Assembly (NCBI GenBank): GCA_963719225.1
Contig: CAVRAY010000001.1
Coordinates: 1,952,001 to 2,016,000, forward strand
Length of the DNA: 64,000 nucleotides
DNA from: Thermoanaerobaculia bacterium
Lineage (GTDB): Bacteria; Acidobacteriota; Thermoanaerobaculia; UBA5066
Direction of reading: 5' to 3'
This document shows, piece by piece, positions 1-11,317 of the stretch. The notes under the pieces were generated by a model. It was not told the DNA's origin and did not search any database. It was given only the letters and a program-made list of their open reading frames with translations. Made by a program: the position numbers and the translations under genes. Position 1 is the stretch's first letter; the number at the start of each line of letters is the position of its first letter.

Positions 1-938
1 GTACTCTGTCCTTCTGGATCATGAACATTCCCCGTGTAGACGTAGCGGAGGCCGTTCTTCCGCGCGATCTCACGCGCACGCGTGAGCGTGGCGGGGGGCG
101 TCGCGGGCCGGTCTCGCATCTTCCAGTCCGGATGAAACGCGGTGAAGTGGAGAGGGACGTCCGGGCCGAGGTGGTCCCTTATCCAGAGCGTCATGGCGTC
201 GATCTCTTCGTCCGAGTCGTTGAGGCCCGGGATGAGGAGGGTCGTGATCTCGGTCCAGACGCTTGTCTCCTTCACGAGGTACTCGAGCGTCTCGAGAACC
301 GGCGCGAGGTGCGCCCCGCAGACCTTCTGGTAGAAGTCCGCCGTGAACGCCTTGAGGTCGACGTTGGCGGCGTCCATGTACGTGTACATCTCGGCACGCG
401 GCGCCGGGGACATGTAGCCCGCGGTCACGGCGACGGACTTGATGCCCCGTTCGCGGCACGCCTGGGCCACGTCGATGGCGTACTCCATGAAGACGACGGG
501 GTCGTTGTACGTGAAGGCCACGCTCCGGCAGCCGAGCGACGCGGCGGAGTCGGCGATGCGCCCGGGGGACGCGGAATCCGCGAGCGTGTCGACCTGCCGG
601 GACTTCGAGATGTCCCAGTTCTGGCAGAACCGGCACGCCAGGTTGCAGCCGGCCGTGCCGAACGAGAGGACGGACGAGCCCGGAAAGAAATGGTTCAGGG
701 GCTTCTTCTCGATGGGGTCGACGCAGAATCCGCTGCTCCGGCCGTAGCTCGTGAGGACGATCGCGTCTCCCTGGCGCCCGCGCACGAAGCAGTGGCCGAG
801 CTGGCCCTCTTTCAGTCGGCACTCCTTCGGGCAGACGTCGCACTGAATGCGACCGTCGTCGACGGCGTGCCAGTAGTGGGTTGGGTGGCCGACACCCGTG
901 AGGGTTTCCAGGGACGTTCCTCGCTCCCCATGATGCAC
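1..938 (-). CDS. amrS: AmmeMemoRadiSam-system radical SAM enzyme (PFL-activase-like), 3' end runs off the window
   Basis: Not in the ORF track because it is open at the edge. Manual minus-strand translation gives HYWHAVDDGRIQCDVCPKECRLKEGQLGHCFVR...CVDPIEKKPLNHFFPG...GTAGCNLACRFCQNWDISK (CxxxCxxC)...AFTYNDP...YVYTGNV. Start codon uncertain (GTG at 938). Confidence 0.9.
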   Translation of the reverse strand, partial: MHHGERGTSLETLTGVGHPTHYWHAVDDGRIQCDVCPKECRLKEGQLGHCFVRGRQGDAIVLTSYGRSSGFCVDPIEKKPLNHFFPGSSVLSFGTAGCNLACRFCQNWDISKSRQVDTLADSASPGRIADSAASLGCRSVAFTYNDPVVFMEYAIDVAQACRERGIKSVAVTAGYMSPAPRAEMYTYMDAANVDLKAFTADFYQKVCGAHLAPVLETLEYLVKETSVWTEITTLLIPGLNDSDEEIDAMTLWIRDHLGPDVPLHFTAFHPDWKMRDRPATPPATLTRAREIARKNGLRYVYTGNVHDPEGQS

Positions 939-1077
939 CCGCCGCGCGCCGGAGGCGAGGGGCACCGTGAACCGAAGACGAGGATTTCTTCGAAGGCTCG
1001 TGAGCGCTTCTCGATGCCGGCCTCGACGCACCGCGCCGGTAGCCGTCGCCTTCGGTACATGTTGTCGATCGCCACGC

Positions 1078-1416
1078 TCAGCCGCCCAGGATTTCGTTCA
1101 ACCCTTCGAGGACCTGCTCGAGCTCGTCCGGCGTGGCGCGCGCCAGGCGCTTCCCGAGCCTCTCCGTCGAGAGGGTCCGCAGCTGGCCGATCTTGACCCA
1201 GGACTTCTTCGGGAGCTTCGGGTCCGAAAGGGGAAGCGTGAGGGGGAATCCGGCCCGCGGCGCCTGACCCGTGAGCGCAACCGCGATGACGGTTCCGGAG
1301 TTTCGGTTGAAGACGTCGGCGCTCAAGATGAGTACCGGACGGAGACCCGCCTGCTCGCTGCCACGGACCGGGTTCAGGTCCGCCCAGACGATGTCCCCTC
1401 TCAGTAGGGCGGCCAT
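1078..1416 (-). CDS. mazF: Type II toxin, PemK/MazF family endoribonuclease
   Basis: MAALLRGDIVWADLNPVRGSEQAGLRPVLILS...KIGQLRTLSTERL is the classic MazF signature; overlaps the 3' end of the upstream antitoxin gene. Confidence 0.93.
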   Translation of the reverse strand: MAALLRGDIVWADLNPVRGSEQAGLRPVLILSADVFNRNSGTVIAVALTGQAPRAGFPLTLPLSDPKLPKKSWVKIGQLRTLSTERLGKRLARATPDELEQVLEGLNEILGG

Positions 1417-1640
1417 TCGGCGACCGGTTCCAGACCTTCCTCTGCGAGAGCACGCTCGACGCGGCGATCCAGCTTCGCGCACTCGCGTGCGAGGCGAGTG
1501 CCGTCGATCCGGCCGAGCTTGTCCTCGATGGAGTCCTGCACGAACCGGCTCCGGCTCGGGAACATGCCCCGACGAACGAGCCGGTCGACCTGTGTCAGCG
1601 TTCGCCGGTCCAGCGAGACGGCGACCTTCGCGGTTCTCAT
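1401..1640 (-). CDS. Ribbon-helix-helix (CopG-like) antitoxin
   Basis: 79 aa; KVAVSLD...VDRLV...FPSRSRFVQDSI RHH pattern; directly upstream of and overlapping mazF. Confidence 0.88.
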   Translation of the reverse strand: MRTAKVAVSLDRRTLTQVDRLVRRGMFPSRSRFVQDSIEDKLGRIDGTRLARECAKLDRRVERALAEEGLEPVAEWPPY

Positions 1641-1676
1641 GGGTATGACTCTAAGTCATACCCATGGATTCGTCAA
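1638..1676 (-). promoter_or_regulatory. Sigma70 promoter (TTGACG-17bp-TAGAGT) overlaid by a perfect 13-3-13 palindromic operator of the TA operon; leaderless start
   Basis: CATGGGTATGACT-CTA-AGTCATACCCATG at 1638-1666; -35 at 1671-1676, -10 at 1648-1653, ATG 7 nt after the -10. Confidence 0.85.
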
Positions 1677-1707
1677 ACGTCAATGCCGTCACTTCGAGAG
1701 GGACCCA

Positions 1708-2755
1708 TCAGTAGCCTTCGCCCTCGGGGGCCGCGTTTGACTTGCCTCGGTGAAGCCGTAACACGACGACGAGATAGAAAAGGGCGAGCGGCAGGCCCGG
1801 AATGAGCCATCGGAGAGCCGTTCTCAGACCCGCCGAATCGCCGCCGGAGTTGAAAGCCGTCAGGGAGAGCGCGGGATCCGGAATCGCGCGCAGCATGACC
1901 GGGAAGACGCACGCCGCGGTGGCTGTCGAGAGCCCGGCGAGAAACGCCGAGGAGCCCATGAACGTCGCCAGGTCGCGATCCCGAGCGAGTCCCCGGAAGA
2001 CACCGAAGAGCCCCGCGACCGCGATGGCCGCGAGGAAGATCGCGAGAGGGCGGGAGACCAGCGCCTCGAGAAGCTCCCTGTTCTCGCGCCACGTCGCGGC
2101 CGTCACGACGAGCCAGAGCACCGTCATGGCGACGAAAAGACGTCGTGCCGCCGCGCGGCTTCTCTCCCGAACCGGTCCGGAGGTCTTCCAGGAAAGGAAC
2201 GCCGCGCCGTGTGCCGCGAGCGCGACGAGCGCGAAAACGCCCACGAGGCAGGTGTACCAGTCGAGAATTCCGACCGGAGAGCGTGCGCTGAAGTCGGTGA
2301 AGAGCGTGAGCTCGAACCAGCCGTCGGCCGTGAGCGGGACGCCGCGGATCAGATTGCCGAGAGCAGCCCCGAAGAACACGGGCAGGAGAGTGCTCGCGAG
2401 CGCGAAGAAGAAATCCCAGGAAAGGCGCCAGACGGGATCCTGAACGTGGCTCCGGAACTCGATCGCGATGCCTCGGAGGATGAGACACCAAAGGACGAGA
2501 AAGATCGCGAAGTAGAAGCCTGATATTCCGCCCGAGAGGACTCGCGGAAACGCCACGAAAAGGATGCCGCCGGCGGCCAGCAGCCAGACTTCGTTGCCGT
2601 CCCAGTACGGGCCCGATCGCCGCGAGGACCTGGCGGCGCTCGGAGTCTTTGCGGGCCACGATCAGGTGGAGCGCGCCGGCACCGAGGTCGAAGCCGTCCA
2701 GAACGACGTATGCGGTCAGCATGAAGACGGCGACGGCGTACCAGAGCTCAAACAT
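1708..2755 (-). pseudogene. cydB: Cytochrome bd oxidase subunit II with a one-base frameshift near 2610
   Basis: N-part LDGFDLGAG...AIGP is in one frame and the continuation YWDGNEVWLLAAGG...AFPR is in another; one extra base in the GGG/CCC runs at 2609-2614. Confidence 0.85.
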
Positions 2756-3359
2756 GGACGGCCTCGGAGGCGGGCACGGGCCCGTGCTCGATCTCTCGCG
2801 TCAGAAGGAAGAGGAAGAGCACGCCGAGGGCGAGAAGGACGAAGGCCCCGAAGTCGGCGAGATGGAGCGTGCCGTCGGGGGCGACCGCGAACCCCGCCGG
2901 ATGCTGGAGAAACGCGTTCGTCGCGACGATGAAATAGCCGGAGAGCCAGCTTCCGAAAAAGAGCGCCACCGCGGCGAGAAAATGTCCGCTCTTTCCCAAG
3001 CGTTTCTCCCCCCAGACGAGAAGGGAAAGAAAGCTCGACTCGAGGAAGAACGCGAAGAGCCCCTCCATCGCCAGCGTGTGGCCGACGACGTTGCCCGCGA
3101 AACGCGAGAACCGCGCCCAGTTCGTCCCGAACTGGAACTCCATGGGAATTCCGGTCACGACTCCCATCGCGAAGTTGAGCCCGAAGATCCGGATCCAGAA
3201 GCGCGCGGCGTCATTCCACCTCTCGCCGCTCGAACGGAGACCGAGCGCCTTCATGACGACGATGAGGAACGCGAGCCCCATCGTCAGAACGGGAAAGAGA
3301 TAGTGATAGACGATCGTGAAGGCGAACTGGAGGCGGTGGAGGAAGAGCGGATCGCTCAT
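2748..3359 (-). pseudogene. cydA: Cytochrome bd oxidase subunit I, internally deleted (203 aa)
   Basis: RLQFAFTIVYHYLF, GVVTGIPMEFQFGTNW, MEGLFAFFLES and NAFLQHP are present, then the sequence jumps to the C-terminal helix and EHGP tail; the Q-loop and GRQPW region are absent. Confidence 0.8.
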
Positions 3360-3380
3360 GCTGCGGTGTGAGGCCGCCGG

Positions 3381-6269
<2,889 letters not shown>

Positions 6270-6370
6270 GCGGGCATCTCCTTATGACTTCAGGAATCTA
6301 CTCCGATACGCGGCCCGGCGCTTCGAAGTTTCGGAACGCGAGCGTATCGTGAAAGGGGAGCGGAGCTCGG

Positions 6371-7396
6371 ATGGACCGTCTCGACGACGCGCTCGAAATT
6401 CTGGACGGAGCCGGACCCGAGTACGGCGGCGGCCTCTCGAATCACGGCCCGATGGCGGCCGAGGCTCTCTTCGCGCTCGAACAGCCCGGCGCGGTCGTCC
6501 CCTGGACCGAACGCTACCGCAGGAAGCTGGGGGAGGAGCCCGCGCCCGGCAGGCCGGTGGAACGTGGTGCGATCCGCGACGCGCTCGGACAGATGAGGAG
6601 GTACCCCGACTGGCTCGCTCTTTTCCTGGAGGAGTTCCACGAGGGTCCGTGGAAACCGGCTCTGGACCGGTGGGTATACGAGCTCGCGCCGGGATTCGCG
6701 GGTGCTGCCGCGCACGGCGTCATCCGGGTCGGGCACGCGGCGCGCTCTCTCGCCCGGCACGACACAACGGGGAGGCGCAAGGAGCTCGCGCGAGGGTTCG
6801 CGTACTGGGCGGCGACCCATCAGACTCTGCCCACCAACGAAAGCTGGACGGCCCACCTCGCGCCCGATCAGGCGCTGGCACGCGTGCCGCGTGTGCCCGA
6901 CGACGTCCGGCGCACGGGGTCGATCGCGCAGGGCCTGAAGCTCGTCGCGACCCTGCCGGATTTCCCGGGTGCCATCTCGCTCGTCGACACAGGTCCGCCC
7001 GAGTCGTTCGTGCCCGCGGTCGGGGAGACCTTCGCCCGCGCCTTCCTCGCGGGAACAGCGCCCTCGGGGGAGGGGACGATCGCGCTCATCCACGCCGTGA
7101 CCGGCCCGGCCGCCGCGGGCCTTCTCGTGCCGCACGTGTCTCCGCGGACGGCGGCGCGACTGCTGGCCTGCGCATGGCAGGCGGGAGCGGCGATTTACGC
7201 CGTGTTCGGAAAGCCGCTTGGGCCGGGCGCGGTGGGAACGCCGCACGCGACGCCAGAGGAGTTGATCGCCGGCGCCGTGAAAAGCGGCGACGAGCATGCG
7301 ATCAAGTTCACGGAAGCGTGCCTGCGTCTCGACGCGGCGGCGCCGTCGCCTGCGTTCCGCGCAGCGGCGTCGCGGGCGATCGAGCTGCTTTCGTAA
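6371..7396 (+). CDS. Questin oxidase-like (DUF4243-type) protein
   Basis: LSNHGPMAAEAL, AAHGVIRVGHA, LAR.FAYWAA, LIHAVT, GDEHAIKF motifs. Confidence 0.75.
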   Translation: MDRLDDALEILDGAGPEYGGGLSNHGPMAAEALFALEQPGAVVPWTERYRRKLGEEPAPGRPVERGAIRDALGQMRRYPDWLALFLEEFHEGPWKPALDRWVYELAPGFAGAAAHGVIRVGHAARSLARHDTTGRRKELARGFAYWAATHQTLPTNESWTAHLAPDQALARVPRVPDDVRRTGSIAQGLKLVATLPDFPGAISLVDTGPPESFVPAVGETFARAFLAGTAPSGEGTIALIHAVTGPAAAGLLVPHVSPRTAARLLACAWQAGAAIYAVFGKPLGPGAVGTPHATPEELIAGAVKSGDEHAIKFTEACLRLDAAAPSPAFRAAASRAIELLS

Positions 7397-7412
7397 GCCC
7401 TAGAATCGCGAC

Positions 7413-8606
7413 GTGAACGACATGGGCCTCCCGGCATACGAGCGCGAGCCATACCGCACGACTCTCGACGCGTCGATCCTCGAAGTGCGCGACGACGCGG
7501 GAAAGCCCTACGCCGTTCTCGACGACACGATCCTCTTTCCCGAGGGCGGCGGCCAGCCGCCGGATCACGGCCTGGTGAACGATGTTTCGGTTCTCGACGT
7601 GCAGAAGGCCGAAGGCGAGATCCGGCACTACCTCGCCGCGCCCGTGACACCGGGACCCGCGCGCGTCCAGCTGGACTGGGAGCGCCGCTTCGACCACATG
7701 CAGCAGCACACGGGACAGCATCTTCTCTCCGCTCTCGCGCAGGACCGCTTCGGCTGGCTGACGACGGCATTTCATCTCGGCCAGGAGGTCTCGGACGTGG
7801 AGCTCGACGCGCGCGGCCTTTCGGCCGCCGGCCTCACGGCGCTCGAGGACGCGGTCGCCGCCGAGATCCGCGCGGCCCACCCGGTCCACCCGCGGCGCGT
7901 CTCGTTCGAGGAGTTCCGCGCGCTGCCCGTCAGGACCCGCGGACTCCCCGAGGACCACAAAGGCGACGTGCGCCTCGTCGCGATCGAGGGCGTCGATCTC
8001 AATACGTGCGGCGGGACTCACCTCTCGAACACCGCCGAGATCGAGGCGATCGCTCTTCTCTCGACGGAGCCCCTGCGCGGAGGAACGCGTCTTTTCTTCG
8101 TGGCCGGCCGGCGTGCGCGCAGGAGGCTCTCAGGCCACGAGGAGCGGAACGCGGCCCTGAGGGCGCTGCTCGGCGCCCCGGACGCGGGCCTCGCGGCCGC
8201 AGCGAAGGCGAAGCTCGACCAGCTGGCGGAGGCGCAGCGTGCGCTCCGGCGCGCCGACGAGGACCTGGCCGCCGCTGCCACGGCGGCCGCGCTGGCCTCG
8301 GGTGAGCGTGTCGTCTACGCGCACTTCGAAGGGCGGGACATGGCCTTCGTCCAGGCGGTCGCGAGGCGCTTCTCGGAAAAGGCCGGGGCGCGCGCGGCGT
8401 TCCTCACCGCGACGCGCGACGGGCAGCACGTCTTCGCGCTGGGAGCCGGCGAGGGCTTCGGCGACCCGCAGAAGCTGGGCCGCGAGATCGCATCGCGGGT
8501 CGGCGGAAAGGGCGGAGGCGCGGGCCGCGTCTTCCAGGGCAAGGCGCCCGGCCCGTTCGAGGCGGACCGGGCTCTCGCGTGCCTGAAAGGGAGCTCGAGC
8601 TCGTGA
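7413..8606 (+). CDS. alaX: Alanyl-tRNA editing protein AlaX (long form with DHHA1 domain)
   Basis: FPEGGGQPPD, HMQQHTGQHLLS, CGGTH zinc motifs, C-terminal GGKGGG. Confidence 0.9.
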   Translation: MNDMGLPAYEREPYRTTLDASILEVRDDAGKPYAVLDDTILFPEGGGQPPDHGLVNDVSVLDVQKAEGEIRHYLAAPVTPGPARVQLDWERRFDHMQQHTGQHLLSALAQDRFGWLTTAFHLGQEVSDVELDARGLSAAGLTALEDAVAAEIRAAHPVHPRRVSFEEFRALPVRTRGLPEDHKGDVRLVAIEGVDLNTCGGTHLSNTAEIEAIALLSTEPLRGGTRLFFVAGRRARRRLSGHEERNAALRALLGAPDAGLAAAAKAKLDQLAEAQRALRRADEDLAAAATAAALASGERVVYAHFEGRDMAFVQAVARRFSEKAGARAAFLTATRDGQHVFALGAGEGFGDPQKLGREIASRVGGKGGGAGRVFQGKAPGPFEADRALACLKGSSSS

Positions 8607-9521
8607 TCAACGGGGCTCGGGGCAGAACTCCTCGAAGCCGCGAGCGTGATCCCGGCGTGCGAGCCGCGAAGGGTCCGGGTCGCGCGGCAGGACGCCGAGC
8701 GCGATGAGCTGCGGCCGAAACTCGTAGCGCAGGCGCACGAGGGCGGCGGGTTCGCTCTCGAGCTCGAGGTCGACCTGCGTCACGCCGAACTGGGTTCTCC
8801 GACCCATGCCCGTCGCGGCGTACTCGTCCGAGAGCTTCGGGGAGGGAACGGGAGAAGTCGAAAGAGATTTCTGCGAGTGGTCCCGGGCCGTGCCGGACGG
8901 CTCGTTCTGCGCGATCCGGCCTTCGGCTTCGCCACCGTCCGATGAGGACCTTTTCTTCGAAAGGTCGCGATCGTCGCCGCGGCCGTCCGCCGCCGGCGCC
9001 GCGGCGGACGAGTCCGTATTCTCATTCGAAGGAATCCTCTCTCTTCTGCGGTCTTCTTCCTTCCACCACCTCTGGACGCGGTAGGGGAGTCTCTCGCGGA
9101 AGAACACCGCCTCGATGACGCCCAGGTCCTGGGTCTTCCCGAGCGCCGCGCCGTAAGAGCCGCGTTCACCCGTGAAGACGAACCTGCGGGAGGCCGCGTT
9201 CGAGACCTGCCAGCCCGGGATGATCACGGTTTCGTATGGCGCGAGGACCCATTTGCGCGCGTCCCGGGCCGTCGTGTGCCGGGAGTCGAGCGTGTTGAGG
9301 CCGTCCACCGAGAGCGCCACGGCGACGCGCGTTCCCGTCGGGTTCGAAAGGCGCAGGGCGTAATCGTGGCCGCGAAGCGCCTCGACGTAGACGGTGCCCC
9401 GCGAGGCGAACTCGGGGCGTTCGCGGCCGTCCACGAGGACGTCGAGGCCGAAGCCGAACGAAGAGGAAGCGTTCGCGGCCCCGGCGGTGAGGAGGAGTGC
9501 CGCGAGAATCTGGTGGCGCAT
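8607..9521 (-). CDS. Secreted hypothetical protein
   Basis: Signal peptide; beta-rich N-domain (YALRLSN...LSVDGLN...IPGWQ...LGVIEAVFFRE), low-complexity linker, ATGMG...LRYE C-terminus. Confidence 0.7.
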   Translation of the reverse strand: MRHQILAALLLTAGAANASSSFGFGLDVLVDGRERPEFASRGTVYVEALRGHDYALRLSNPTGTRVAVALSVDGLNTLDSRHTTARDARKWVLAPYETVIIPGWQVSNAASRRFVFTGERGSYGAALGKTQDLGVIEAVFFRERLPYRVQRWWKEEDRRRERIPSNENTDSSAAAPAADGRGDDRDLSKKRSSSDGGEAEGRIAQNEPSGTARDHSQKSLSTSPVPSPKLSDEYAATGMGRRTQFGVTQVDLELESEPAALVRLRYEFRPQLIALGVLPRDPDPSRLARRDHARGFEEFCPEPR

Positions 9522-9585
9522 CGGAATCTCCCTTCGAGGAATTGGACCTCCGCGCCTCCATTCGGTTCCCGGATAGGATCGGCTC

Positions 9586-11178
9586 TTGGATGCCCTGCAA
9601 AAACTCGCGGAAGCGGCTCGGGAGCTGGGGAAACCCCCGAAGGTCGCCCATGAAGTCGTAGGCTCGGTCCGAATGGGCCGAGCGCGCCGTGGAGCGGCGG
9701 AAGCGCCCGACCGGGCGGCGGTACCCCGCGCGGCGGCGGCCGGCGTCCGCGCCGTCCTCGTGGTCCACGGGATCGGGCAGCAGGTGCGCTTCCAGGCCCT
9801 GGACCAGATCGCGGAAGGGCTGCTGCGCGAAGCGGGTGACGGCGCGAGGAAGCCCGTCGCGCGAGCCGTCTCGATCGGCGACGAGATGTACCAGAGACTG
9901 GAGCTTTTTCTGCCGCTCGGGGACGGGGGAGAGCGCGAGGTCCACGTCTACGAGACGTACTGGGCCGAGCTCACGGAGGGACGCGTGACCCTGCGCGACG
10001 TGACGTCGTTTCTCTTCGGCGCCGCCCTCAACGGCTTTCGAAACCTCGGCGGCGTCCTGCGCGTCTCCTTCGGAAGCATCCACACGATTCGCCCGCCCCT
10101 CCCGGCCGTCCTCGGCCTTCTCGGCGCGTGCGCCGTTCTCCTCACGCTCGCCGCGATGAATGCCGTTCTTCTCGCGCTCGCCGCCCTCGAGGGGCTCCAG
10201 CCCGGCTTCGTACCCGCGTCGATCAAGGAGCGCTTTGCGGACAACGTTTCCGCGCTCCTCGCCCTTCTGACCGCCTTCAGCCTCGCCACGCTCGGCGTGC
10301 TGGCCCTCCTGTTCGTCGCGGCATGGGCGAAGCGGCGGACGGCGCGCGTGGGATTCGAGGGCTTCTGGCGCGCGGTCGGCGCGTCGCTGCAAGGCGTCTT
10401 CCTCGCGTGGCTGGCCCTGACGATTCTCGCGGGACTCGCCGTCGCGGTTCTCGTTTCGGGTGTCGGCCCCGAGGGGTGGACGCGCGAGGCTCTCTCGTGC
10501 CCATGGCTCGCGACACACTGGATGTTCCCTCTCGCCGCTCTCCTTCTCGCGTCGTCCGCGGTGAGGCGCTTCCTGGTCCAGTACCTGGGAGATGTCGCCG
10601 CTTACGTCACGTCCTACCGAATCGACCGCTTCGCAGAATTACGAAGCCGGGTAAAGGAGGTCGTTCGGAGAACCGCCGAGGCGGTCTACGAGGCGACTGA
10701 TAGCCCGGGGAGCAAGGTGAGGGCGTACGACGGAGTCGCCGTCGTGGCGCATTCTCTGGGGTCAGTCATCGCGTACGACGCGTTGAATACGCTCCTTCTC
10801 GATGATTCGTTCTGCGCCGAGACGCGCGACGTGGCGGAGAGAACCCGTCTCTTCCTCACGTTCGGCTCGCCGCTCGAGAAGATCGCGTTCGTATTCTCGA
10901 CGCGGGCGACGACGTACGCGCGCGAGGCCCTCGCGACGGCCTTGCAGCCCCTCATCAGCGATTACGCCTTCCGGCCGTTCCGTTGGATCAACGTCTTCTC
11001 CCCGCGCGACCCCATTTCGGGACGGCTCACGTCCTTCGACGACGCGAGCCAGCCGCTCTATCGCAAGCGGAGGATCCGCAATCTCCGGGACAGGGGAGCG
11101 GTGCTGCCCCTCCTCGCCCACCTGGAGTACTTCAGCGACCCGGTCCTGATTCGGCAGCTCGTCCGCGCTTTGCGGTAA
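9586..11178 (+). CDS. Membrane-embedded alpha/beta-hydrolase-fold protein (true start probably downstream of 9586)
   Basis: VVHGIGQQ, AHSLG nucleophile elbow, TFGSP, DPISG, AHLEY; several hydrophobic helices inserted between the motifs. Confidence 0.7.
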   Translation: MDALQKLAEAARELGKPPKVAHEVVGSVRMGRARRGAAEAPDRAAVPRAAAAGVRAVLVVHGIGQQVRFQALDQIAEGLLREAGDGARKPVARAVSIGDEMYQRLELFLPLGDGGEREVHVYETYWAELTEGRVTLRDVTSFLFGAALNGFRNLGGVLRVSFGSIHTIRPPLPAVLGLLGACAVLLTLAAMNAVLLALAALEGLQPGFVPASIKERFADNVSALLALLTAFSLATLGVLALLFVAAWAKRRTARVGFEGFWRAVGASLQGVFLAWLALTILAGLAVAVLVSGVGPEGWTREALSCPWLATHWMFPLAALLLASSAVRRFLVQYLGDVAAYVTSYRIDRFAELRSRVKEVVRRTAEAVYEATDSPGSKVRAYDGVAVVAHSLGSVIAYDALNTLLLDDSFCAETRDVAERTRLFLTFGSPLEKIAFVFSTRATTYAREALATALQPLISDYAFRPFRWINVFSPRDPISGRLTSFDDASQPLYRKRRIRNLRDRGAVLPLLAHLEYFSDPVLIRQLVRALR

Positions 11179-11181
11179 CGC

Positions 11182-11304
11182 AGAGAAAGAGGAAGACGAA
11201 AGAAAGATTTCTTAGAAGGTAAGAAGCGCGGCGCAGCAGGCGCGGTGCGCCGAGGTCGGCATGCGAGGCGCCTCACGCGCTTTCTAAGAAAATTCTCTTT
11301 CTTT
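11182..11304. repeat. Inverted pair of the dispersed CTTAGAA motif between convergent genes (stem-loop, terminator- or REP-like)
   Basis: AAGAAAGATTTCTTAGAAGGTAAGAAGCGCG (11200-11230) faces CGCGCTTTCTAAGAAAATTCTCTTTCTT (11276-11303). Confidence 0.75.
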
Positions 11305-11317
11305 GGCCCCGGTCTTT

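Noticed and set aside
940-1077. Possible recombinase fragment (NMYRRR...CVEAGIEKR) between amrS and mazF
   Set aside because: Too short and without catalytic motifs; cannot be supported.
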